In this document: in pieces, positions 53,289 through 64,000 of the stretch | Layout: every line of letters begins with the position of its first letter | Numbering within the stretch: the stretch's first letter is position 1 | Origin: Octopus sinensis | Lineage: Eukaryota | NCBI RefSeq assembly: GCF_006345805.1 | Contig: NC_043006.1 | Location: 28,706,001 to 28,770,000 of the forward strand | DNA length: 64,000 nucleotides | Reading direction: 5' to 3' | The notes under the pieces: generated by a model | Seen by the model: the letters and a program-made list of their open reading frames with translations, nothing else | Database searches by the model: none | What the model was told of the DNA's origin: nothing | Program-made: the position numbers and the translations under genes

Positions 53289-53582
53289 CTATCTATCTAT
53301 CCGCTCAGTCGAAGTCGACTCTCGGTTACTCGATGGATCAGTGTCCTCCAGTCAGTTCTATCCTGGGCCGCTTCTTTCAGATTGGCTATGTCCATTTCGG
53401 TATCACTCTTGATGGTGTCAAGCCAGCGGGTTCTTGGTCGGCCTCTTCCTCTCTTGCCACTGACCATTCCGAGCATGATGTCCTTCTCCAGGGATTTTCT
53501 CCGCATAGTATGACCAAAATATGCCTATCTATGCTTGGTGATCCTAGCTTCTAGCGACGTTTTCGGCCTGATCTGCTTAAGA
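53289..53582 (-). mobile_element. RTE-BovB-like LINE 3' end, copy 2 (near-identical to copy 1)
   Basis: Same peptide; I saw only about two substitutions and one indel relative to 52100-52392. Confidence 0.85.
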
Positions 53583-53777
53583 AACACACACACACACATA
53601 CATACATACATACATACATACATACATACATACATACATACATACGTACATATATATATATATACATACATACATACATACATACATACATACAAACACA
53701 CACACACACATACATGCATACATACATACAAACACACACACACACATACATACATACATACATATATATATAGAGAG

Positions 53778-53858
<81 letters not shown>

Positions 53859-53859
<1 letters not shown>

Positions 53860-54400
53860 GAGGTGGTATCAAACAGTTCCCGTACTAACTCTGTAGTGCA
53901 TCACCAGATGTCAGCATACAGTTGTGTGCGCAGTAATAGCTAGTGGTGACCTTCATGTGGCAGTGTGCCATGTGACATCACTGCGTTTACTTCGCAAGTT
54001 GTGAAATTAGTGTTTTTGTGATCACGTATATGCTGTAGTCTGCGATTTTTGTCATGGACAGGCAATTGGAACAAAGGGCCAACGTGAAATTTTGCGTTGA
54101 ACATGGGAAATCTGCTATAGAGACATTCAACATGTTTCGGCAAGCTCATGATGACGAGGCAATGGGTCATATGCAATGTTTCAAATAACATCGGTGCTTG
54201 AAAAGGAACGGCGGAGCCATAGCTCAATCAAGAGTACGATCATTGTTTTGTTTTGGGGTTTTTTTTCCGATATCCGCACCAGATTTAACACCTGCGGACT
54301 CCCACCTGTTTGTCAAGATGAAAATGCAGCTCAAAGGTCACTGTTTTAACACCGTAGTTGAGATCAAAAGCAAATTGCAGAAAATTGCTTATTACCTCGT
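53859..54400 (+). mobile_element. Internally deleted mariner element
   Basis: TIR-like start ta|ggaggtggtatcaaacagttccc. N-terminus from 54054 MDRQLEQRANVKFCVEHGKSAIETFNMFRQAH, joined to C-terminal APDLTPADSHLFVKMKMQLKGHCF (YSPDLAPxD-like). Confidence 0.8.
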
Positions 54401-55077
54401 GTTCATACCTGTGGTTGTATATAGAGAGCAAATTGTAGCGTGGACTGTAGGCATGTGACACCTATTAGTAGTGTTGGCACTGGTAATTTCCAGTAGCCCT
54501 AACCTATAATTATATCTTTATAATTATATATGTATATATGCATATATACATGTATTCTTTTATTCTTTTACTTGTTTCAGTCATTTTGACTGTGGCCATG
54601 CTGGAGCACTGCCTTTAGTCAAGCAAATCGATCCCAGGACTTATTCTTTGTAAGCCTAGTACTTATTCCATCGGTTTCTTTTGCTGAACTGCTAAGTTGC
54701 AGAGACATAAACACACCAGCATCGTTTGTCAAGTGATGTTGAGGGGGACACACATAAACATACACACACATATATATATATACGACAGTTTCCGTCTACC
54801 AAATCTACTCACAAGGCTTTGGTTGGCCCAAGGTTATCTGGCCATCTCTTATGGCCAGATTAACCGGATATGGTGTTGTGGATTTCCACCTCGGCATCCG
54901 AAACTCAGAGCTTTATCTTGGCTATTGAATAATTGTCACATATTATTTTACAGATCAATTTCCTCTATTTACATAATATTGAGGTCTCTTTCTTTCTTTT
55001 GTTATCTTAACGTTTTTACCAATATATATACATACACACATTTACACATTTACACACACACACACACACACACACAC

Positions 55078-55120
<43 letters not shown>

Positions 55121-55167
55121 ACATGTATACACACATTCATACACATCTATATATCCGCAGACAATCG

Positions 55168-55207
<40 letters not shown>

Positions 55208-55293
55208 TTACTCTTCTTAGATGATTAAGTTCTATTCTACTTGTTGAAGCCTTACCAACCACCCAAACACACACACACACACTATATATATAT

Positions 55294-55345
<52 letters not shown>

Positions 55346-55753
55346 TAATTATACACACACACATGCTTAATTTGTTGAATACCTAAATTTTACAAATAAC
55401 TTCTCGTTTCCCATAAGTGGCAGCTAGGCTTAATTAAACTGACTTAATTACTATTTTATGGTATATTTTAAGACAAGACAGCACACCTGAGAAGTTTTCA
55501 TAGACTCTTGGCAGTGTGTATCATAAATAATATACTCCGAGACCCAATGAGGGAAGCTGTGACTTTATTACCATTATGTAGTATCTTTTATAAACAAGAG
55601 AACACAATGCATTAGAATTTTTAGAGATATTTCAGAATTTCAACACGTAGTTTAAGTGGGTGCTTCACAATTCATAGCTGACTGTATGTATGTATATATG
55701 TATGGCATACTTACACAAATGTGCCCCTTCTTGAAGTTTTCCAGATATGCCTT

Positions 55754-55797
<44 letters not shown>

Positions 55798-56461
55798 CAC
55801 ATGTATATATACATATATGTGTGTGTGTGTGTGTGTGTTTGTGTGTGTATTCTTTTATGTGTTTCAGTCATTTGACTGCAGCCATGCTGGAGCACTGCCT
55901 TTAGTCGAACAAATTGACTCCAGAACTTATTCTAAGTAAGCCTAGTATTTATTCTATTGGACTGTTTTGCTGAACTGTGAAGTTACAGGGACGTAAACAC
56001 ACCAACATCGTTTGTCAAAACGATAGTGGGGTGGGGGACAAACACAGACACACAAATACATATATTTGATGGGCTTCTTACATTTTCCATCAACCAAATC
56101 CACTCATAAGGCTTTGGTCGGCCCGAGACTATAGTAGAAGACACTTGCCCAAGATTCCACGCAGTGGGACTGAACGCGGAACCATGTGGTTGGGAAGAAA
56201 GCTTCTTACCACGCATGTATGTATGTATTTATATGCGTATTTATATGTGTTTGTCCCCCACCCCGCCATCACTTGACAACCGATGTTGGTTTATGTCCCC
56301 GTAACTTAGCGGTTCGGCAGAAAAGACCGATACAATAAGCACCAGGCTTACAAAGAATAATTCCAGGTGTCGATTTCTTCGACTAAAAAGCGGTGTTCCA
56401 GCATGGCCACAGTCAACTGACTGAAACAACTAAAGGAATAAAAGAATACTTATATATACAT

Positions 56462-56495
<34 letters not shown>

Positions 56496-57319
56496 TATAT
56501 ACAAGCAAAGAAAGAAGCACAGATAGATTGAGAGAAGATACACTGAAATATGTACACTTTGTTACATATACTGATATAATAACGGAGATGCACACACACA
56601 CACACACAAAAGACATCTACGTACGCTGTGGCAAGTACACAAACGCACAACAAATATGTACTGACACCACATTTACACACACATACATATATATAAAGAT
56701 CACCTATATATTATATATATATATATATTGTTCTTGTAACGAAAGATCGGCATGAGTGAGACGTAACTCCAAAGGCTTACGGAAACACACCTGTATACAG
56801 ACATACAACTACATAGACTCACACAACTCTCTACAGCTATAAATACATATATATATATATTAGCGGTTCGGCAAAAAAAGAGACCGATAGAATAAGTACT
56901 GGGCTTACAAAAAATAAGTCCCGGGGTCGATTTGCCCGACTAAAGGTGGTGCTCCAGCATAGCCGCAGTCAAATGACTGAAACAAGTAAGAGTAAGAGTA
57001 TATACATACATCTGCATCTAGTAACAGATATAAATATATACAGACACACACACATACAAACACACACATACGTACACATACACATACAAACCCGCATATG
57101 CATATAATCGCACGGATATAACTACATACACAACCATACAGTTAAGAGAACTACATACAGACACACAGTCTTAGACACACATGCACAACTAGATACATAT
57201 GAGCATACACACACTCAGACCGCTACATAGAGATCTACCTACATATGCATAGTCACAGAACTATGTATATATGTATGTATAAAAATATATATAAAAATAC
57301 AAAATGGGACAAGAACGTA

Positions 57320-57350
<31 letters not shown>

Positions 57351-57449
57351 CAGATATACAAGTGGACAGAAACAGACACACCGATACGTGCGCGCACACA
57401 AGCACAAACAGTAAAATTACTGAACGGTAAAAAAGAAAATTTGTCTCAC

Positions 57450-57872
57450 CTGACCCAGTTCCACTGTGAAGTTAACCTTATTGTATTCAATACCCCTGGA
57501 CAACGGTGGACTTTGCCACCAATTTTCGGTTCCATCGACGGCATAATCAGCCGGGTGTGACTCTCCTTTACTGGTCGAATCACAGTATTCACAAAATTGT
57601 CCAGCCTGGATTTCGATATGGGGTTGAATTACCAAATTGTCGTGGGTAATTGGAGTGACTCCTGTCAGACGACAATACATTTCAGGAACGTTGCCGTCAA
57701 CTCCACATGTGGATGACGCCCAGACGGTCTTTCTTTCGGCTAAGTTTAAATACGGTGGTTGCAATACCTGGCCATCGATAAAGCATGCTAGACTGGTCAG
57801 TATGAAGATGACTTTAGTTAACACCTGCAAATCGATGTTCCGTGAGGAGGGTTTACCTTTCGGCTCAGCCAT
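57450..57872 (-). CDS. LanA: Laminin subunit alpha, coding exon 1 (signal peptide + start of LN domain), 141 codons, phase-0 donor
   Basis: Translates MAEPKGK...VIFILTSLACFIDG|QVLQPPYLNLAERKTVWASSTCG...FCEYCD...HPADYAVDGTENWWQSPPLSRGIEYNKVNFTVELGQ. The PPYxNLA and WWQSPPLSRG motifs are typical of alpha3/5/LanA LN domains. Donor CAG|gtgaga at 57450/57449; start context gaaaATGG. Confidence 0.96.
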
Positions 57873-58200
57873 TTTCTCCTCCTCTACCTATCTGCCTTTT
57901 GTGTGTGTGTGTGTCAGTGTGTCGATTTTGGCAGTAATAAATTGTTCAGTTAGAGGGGAGAAACCACTTTAAAATGTTTCATTGACTACGATTACTGTCA
58001 CTTTTACAGAGTGGACGAGTCCACTGTCCACCTTACAAGCAGCAGCTAACACGGTACAAAGTGGAGGTGAAGGTGGAGGTGGTGGTGGCGGTGGTGGTGG
58101 TAGGAGAAGTCTTATGAAGCACCAAATCAGAAAGCCGCAACTTTTACGTCACCCCAACGCCATCCCACATCCAGACACAGTTACACAAATACATACACTT
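57873..58200 (-). promoter_or_regulatory. Probable laminin 5'UTR / proximal promoter
   Basis: Non-repetitive, GC-richer stretch directly upstream of the ATG. It has a (CCA)n-type tract, a CRE-like TGACGTAA near 58145-58152, and a 10-codon uORF at 57982-57950. TSS not determinable. Confidence 0.4.
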
Positions 58201-58412
58201 AGATACTCACGCACATAGAAATACGCACACTCACACGAACCTATAAACACTCGTAAACATACACACAACGCCCCCACCTCTCTTCTTTCCTCACTATTTC
58301 CTTCCATGTATGTACACACACACATACAGCTGAATACCGGTAACACTCCATAGCCAGGACGGACAAACGTGTTTGTGCGTGTGTGTCAAGTGTATATATA
58401 TATGTGTGTGTG

Positions 58413-58429
<17 letters not shown>

Positions 58430-58484
<55 letters not shown>

Positions 58485-58647
58485 TGAAAATACATTTTCT
58501 ATCTATTTTCATGCACGCATAATATGCATACACACACACGCACACATATATACATACAAAATATTACATGTCTGTATATATATATATATATATGAAAATA
58601 GATAGAAAATGTATTTTCATGCATATCTATCTCTCTATCAATCTATC

Positions 58648-58719
<72 letters not shown>

Positions 58720-59223
58720 GTGTGTATATATGTATGTGCGGATGTGTATATGTTTGTACCTCTCCAAGTTTACATTTAGAAAGCTAGTGATACACAAGCA
58801 TGTGTATTTTGATTATAAAAATATTAATGAACACCATTAATGACAAATAACTTTATAACAGACAGTGAAGCAATCGGATCTGGTTTTAAATCCTTAAGAG
58901 TCACTCACTCCGTGTGACTGTGTGACGACCACATAGTTCTGGTACCGTGTTCAATCCCACTGTGTGGCACCTTGGGCAAGTTTCTTCTACTGTTCTACTG
59001 GAGCCTCGGGCCGACCAAAGCCTTGTGAGTGGATTTGGTAGATGGAAACTGAAAGAAGCCCATTTTACACACACACACACACACACACACAACACACACA
59101 CACACACACATATATATATTATATATATATATATATATATGCATGAAAATGCATTTTCTATTTTCATGCACGCATAATATGCATACACACACACGCACAC
59201 ATATACATACAAAATATTACATG

Positions 59224-59260
<37 letters not shown>

Positions 59261-59302
59261 ATAGATAGAAAATGTATTTTCATGCATATCTATCTCTCTA
59301 TC

Positions 59303-59373
<71 letters not shown>

Positions 59374-59746
59374 ATCTATCTATCTATCTTTCTTTCTTTC
59401 TGTGTGTATATATGTATGTGCGGATGTGTATATGTTTGTACCTCTCCAAGTTTACATTTAGAAAGCTAGTGATACACAAGCATGTATATTTTGATTATAA
59501 AAATATTAATGAACACCATTAATGACAAATAACAACTTTATAACAGACAGTGAAGCAATCGGATCTGGTTTTAAATCCTTAAGAGTTACTCACTCCGTGT
59601 GACTGTGTGACGACCACATAGTTCTGGTACCGTGTTCAATCCCACTGTGTGGCACCTTGGGCAAGTTTCTTCTACTGTTCTACTGGAGCCTCGGGCCGAC
59701 CAAAGCCTTGTGAGTGGATTTGGTAGATGGAAACTGAAAGAAGCCC

Positions 59747-59788
<42 letters not shown>

Positions 59789-59790
59789 TA
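58430..59790. repeat. Tandem ~680-bp duplication upstream of the laminin ATG
   Basis: 58430-59100 matches 59100-59790, with boundaries in (CA)n tracts and a few substitutions and small indels. Confidence 0.92.
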
Positions 59791-60295
59791 CATACATACA
59801 TACATACACATAAATTATTAAGATTCAGTTGAATTAGGCACTTAATTTGAGGCACCAAATCAGTCTGGTATGGTCCGCGCAGCTCGAAGTTTGGTGAATA
59901 GAAAGCAAATAAGTAACAAGGATGTCCAGGTATCAGTGCATTACGGCCGTTTCAAGTGACTCCATTTAATCGATCGATGAAAACATTACATCAATTTGAA
60001 ATAAACCGCTCTCCTCGGGCGCAGACGACCATATAAATTTCCAACATACAGGATACAACATTATATTTTTTAGCAAATTTTTCATCAATACTAGAGACTA
60101 AAATAATTACATTGTTTCTCTTTAGAAACTGGTTGACAAAACTGCAGTGGAAACTAGACTGAGGATTTTAACGTTAGGAAAATAACAATCATCATCACTA
60201 TCATCACCACCACCAACCCTACACCCCACCATTGTCATCATCATCACAATCATCATTATCATTGCATCACCCTCATCATCATCACAATCATCATC

Positions 60296-60723
60296 GGATC
60301 TTTTCGGTTTGAACGGCAGTTTTTTTAAATAATTTCCACGTAACTAAACACTTTTAAACTTCGTATACTGGTAGAATGTGTTTATAAAATATCTTTTTCT
60401 CTTGGCTTTATTGAGAAAATTCTATGGTTTGTAAGATATTTGTTGTTGTTTTTCTTCAATTTCTGCAATTTCAACCAATCAATGACGTCTATTGAGGTGA
60501 AAACATCCTGTGCCATATGAATACGTCCCTCGTTTAAGAAACAGATTGGGTTTATTTACATTTCTGAAGAAAAAAAAGATACCCTTCCCCCCACCCCTAA
60601 CCCTAACTAACCCTAACCCTAAAACAGATTGAAATGCAATAGATCTATACTAGGGTTATAATTATGGGTGACAATTTCATATGACACCGCTAGAAAAAAC
60701 TGCCGTTCAAACTGAAAAGATCC
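60296..60723 (-). mobile_element. Same MITE family, inserted in a (CAT)n tract
   Basis: Both TIRs present; TSD tcatcatc / tcctcatc (7/8 match). Confidence 0.88.
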
Positions 60724-61095
60724 TCCTCATCATCATCAAGACTACCACATCACTACCATTATCACTGCATCGTCAAAGGCGGCGAGTTGTGACTGAACCG
60801 TTAGCACACCGGACAATATGTTTAGAGGCACTTTGTCCGACACATTACGTTCTATGTTCAAATTCTGCCGAGGTCGATTATGCCTTTCATTCTTTCGGGT
60901 TCGATTAAATATTAAATAAGTACCTGCTTAGCACTGGGGCATCGATGTAAGTGACTAAGACCCACCCCACCCCCAGCTTCAAAATTTCAGGCTTTGTGTC
61001 AATAGTAGAAGGAGTTATCATTACATCATCGTACTCATCATCACCATCACCACCAAAAAAAAGGGGGAAAGTGATGACACTGAATTTGTCATGGC

Positions 61096-61529
61096 GGATC
61101 TTTTCGGTTTGAACGGCAGTTTTTAACAAAATTTCTAGGTAACTAAAAAATTTTAAACTTCGTATACTGGTAGAATGTGTTTATAAAATATCTTTTTCTC
61201 TTGGCTTTATTGAGAAAATTCTTTAGTTTGTAAGATATTTTTTGTTTTTTTTTCTTCAATTTCTGCAATTTCAACCAATCAGTGACATCTATTGAGTTAA
61301 AAAGCATTCTGTGCCGTATGAATATGTCCCTCGTTTAAGAAACAGATTGGGTTTATCTACATTTGTGATGAAAAAAAAGATACCCTTCCCCCACCCCTAA
61401 CCCTAACCCTTACTAACCATAACCCTAAAAGAGATTGAAATACAATAGATCGATTCTAGGGTCATAATTATGGATGACAATTTCATATGACACCGCTAGA
61501 AAAAACTACCGTTCAAACCGAAAAGATCC
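61096..61529 (-). mobile_element. Same MITE family
   Basis: Both TIRs present; perfect TSD gtcatggc at 61088-61095 and 61530-61537. Confidence 0.92.
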
Positions 61530-61733
61530 GTCATGGCTGGAAGTTACGTATTAAACCAATTGAAATGTTATAAATGTCTAACATATGCGATGTCTGTAGA
61601 GATACGCAGGACAACATTGATACAAGCCTTTAAAAAAATGAACGAGTCAAATCTAATTTAGGTCGTCAAAATGTAAAAGAATTTAAATTGAAAATCTATA
61701 AAGGACGACAGTAACAGAGAGGAAAATGGAAAA

Positions 61734-62620
61734 TCTATATATATAAAACTGTAGTTGTGTGAGTGTCTGTCTCCTACGATTTAGATTCCTAACTACTCCC
61801 ACATTTTGCGGTGCAGTTTAACCAAATTCGGGTATCTTATAGTCGTGATTCATATCGAGCCCGTCTGGCTATTAGCGCGCGTCTACGATGAGTCTACGAT
61901 TTTAAAAATAATTTAACCTCATTTTTTTCCATTTTAACGCATATTTTTTCGTGTGTCGATGGCGGCGGAGTTGGCGTCCATGGTCACACCTGCACCTGTG
62001 TTGCTTCTCCCCCTTCTTCCCTCCCTCGTGAAGCTGTGGGGAAGGGAGTGTAAGGAAATCAACGTCGTAAAGCATTGTCAAGGAGACCAGCGTTCTTTTA
62101 GAACAACGACTTCATGGCTTGAAGACACCAAAATTACCATCATTTTTTATTCCATTTTTAATGCATTTTTTTGCTATTTTTTTGTTATAACTCACTAAAA
62201 ATGCTTATATAGTTATTTCCCTTACAAACCCGAGCAACGCCGGGCGATACTGCTAGTCTTTATATATAAAAGTCAAGTTGTGTGTCTGTCTCCTACGATT
62301 TAGATTCCTAACTACTCCCACATTTTGCGGTGCAGTTTAACCAAAACCGGGTATCTTATAGTCGTGATTCATATCGAGCCCTTCTGGGTATTAGCGCGCG
62401 TCTACGATTTTAAAAAAATTACCATCATTTTTTTCCATTTTAATGCATTTTTTTCGCTATTATATAAGGGAAGTAACTCTCTAAAAATGTGTGCGATGAG
62501 TCAACGATTTTTTAAAAAAATTACCATCATTTTTTTGCTATTTTTTGGCTATAACTCTCTAAAAATGCTTATATAGTTATTTCCCTTACAAACCCGAGCA
62601 ACGCCGGGCGATACTGCTAG
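61734..62620 (+). mobile_element. Two head-to-tail non-autonomous Helitrons (61734-62256 and 62257-62620)
   Basis: Same family as 43368-43879. Each unit has a TC start, cccgagcaacgccggg hairpin and CTAG end; the junction is CTAG|TC. Confidence 0.88.
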
Positions 62621-63211
62621 TAAAATATATATCGTTACATAAACACACTTGCAACTTAAAGTGAGATTTAATCGCGGATTCTAACAATATTAGGTTTTAA
62701 CTCTCTCTCTCTCTTACTCTTTCTCAGACACGAACGCACGCACGCACTACATACACACACAGATGCACACACACAGATACACACGAACACAGACACACAT
62801 TGTACTCTTTCTCAGATTGCTCACAAATGCCATTGACAACATATAGTCTTGTTGAACTGTCGAGTCACAGGCGACCAAACCTGAAATCAGCTCGCCCCGC
62901 TATGCAGACTTGATAAAAGAGGTTACAAGAGACCCAGCAACAAAAGAAACGAAAAAAAAAAAAAAAATAAAATGCACATCAAAAGGATGGATAAACCTAA
63001 TGCAGGGTCAACGAATATCAAGCAGTCAAGCTTTGGAAGCATTATCATTCGAGATGGTAAATGAACATGCATCGAAAATGGACACATACAAGTTACGGGT
63101 TTGATTTCCGATATTTGGGCTTAATATGTCAGATGTGGCGTAGGAACTTACTGAAGAACTTGTCAGTCTTTTCGCTGCATTTCGTACATTGTATACACTA
63201 TTACATACATA

Positions 63212-63354
63212 GGATCTTACAAACTATAGAATTTTCTCAATAAAGCCAAGAGAAAATGATGTTTTATAAACACATTCTACCAGTATACGAAGTTTAAAAC
63301 TTTTTAGTTACCTAGAAATTATGTTGCAAAGTGCCGTTCAAAAGGAAAAGATCC
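63212..63354 (+). mobile_element. 143-bp internally deleted derivative of the MITE
   Basis: Only 7 bp of the left TIR (ggatctt), full right TIR; TSD catacata at 63204-63211 and 63355-63362. Confidence 0.85.
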
Positions 63355-63883
63355 CATACATAGATTATTGAATCTATGTTGGCAAAGTAAAAAAAGAAGT
63401 GGACAACAGAATGGGATGAATGATGTACACATCCTGTCTCCACATGTGGAAAAATACGTTGAACAAATGAAAAATATAATTCTAGTGCAAATGTTCGCAT
63501 TTTTCATGTTAGAGAGAGGTAATAAATAAATTCTATTGTTCAGTAACTTCAATTTCTCACGCATTCTGCTGTCAACACTTCCCGTTTATCATTTTCATAT
63601 CTTTCTGGCTTTGCTGTCATCATTTCCGGTCTTTTTGCTTTCGTATCTTATATTTTAGTTGTCGGAGCACAGCCTTAAAGGGTCTAGTCGAATAAATCGA
63701 CCCCAGTATTTAGTTTTTAAATCTGACACTTACTCTTAGGCTCTTTTTTGTCATACCTCTAAGTTTTGGAGATGTAAGCAAACCAACACCGGTTGTCAAG
63801 CGGAGGGAGCAATCCCATCACTCACTCACACACACACACACACACACACACACAACACACACACACACACACACACATGTATA

Positions 63884-64000
63884 CAGAGCGTCCTCGGTTC
63901 TCGACCATAATTTGTTCTGAAAGTGTGTTCGAAAACGGAATTGTTCGAGAACCAAATCATTTTTCCCATTACAATTAATGTAAAAGGGATTAATTCGTTT
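63884..64000 (+). mobile_element. Left end of a Tigger-like element running off the window
   Basis: TA|cagagcgtcctcggttctcgaccataatt...tttcccattacaattaatgtaaa resembles Tigger-type termini as I recall them. Confidence 0.55.

Larger units (their letters stand above)
10467..57449 (-). other. LanA: Laminin alpha intron 1 (~47 kb; contains a 100-N gap, so the true length is uncertain)
   Basis: Exon 1 ends ...VELGQ and exon 2 begins EFQVSYV..., which are contiguous in LN-domain homologues. I found no intervening laminin exon. Confidence 0.85.

Noticed and set aside
10467-57449. Nested host gene inside the large intron
   Set aside because: All recognizable coding segments are transposon-derived. 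Small unrecognized exons cannot be excluded without RNA-seq.
57637-57972. Plus-strand 111-aa ORF over the laminin start
   Set aside because: Antisense to exon 1; no independent coding evidence.

Overview
AT-rich, microsatellite-dense eukaryotic genomic DNA. The SINE and MITE content and the (TA)n/(CA)n/(GA)n density suggest an octopus or other coleoid cephalopod; this is inference, not a search result. The only host gene I can support is the 5' part of a laminin alpha chain (LanA / LAMA3-5 type) on the minus strand. Eight coding exons, all with GT-AG boundaries, encode a signal peptide, the LN domain and the first LE repeats: 57872-57450, 10466-10231, 8641-8471, 6217-6004, 4565-4447, 3952-3862, 2358-2262 and 1038-848. 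The gene continues past position 1. Intron 1 is about 47 kb. Exon 2 is one base short of in-frame, probably an assembly indel. The rest is a layered transposon landscape: a TTAGGG/G4-bearing MITE family with GG termini and 8-bp TSDs (including an 823-bp palindromic dimer); a full-length decayed DD37E (TRT-like) Tc1 element nested in another TIR element; DD37D maT, mariner, Tigger/pogo and hAT remnants; Helitron coding fragments and non-autonomous Helitrons; Penelope-like RT with decayed hammerhead-like termini; RTE-BovB-like LINE pieces; and many tRNA-derived SINEs. There is a 100-N gap at 51487-51586 with duplicated sequence nearby. I found no clear novel protein-coding system. The best second-look candidates are mobile-element architectures and the RNA structures they would create in the laminin pre-mRNA.
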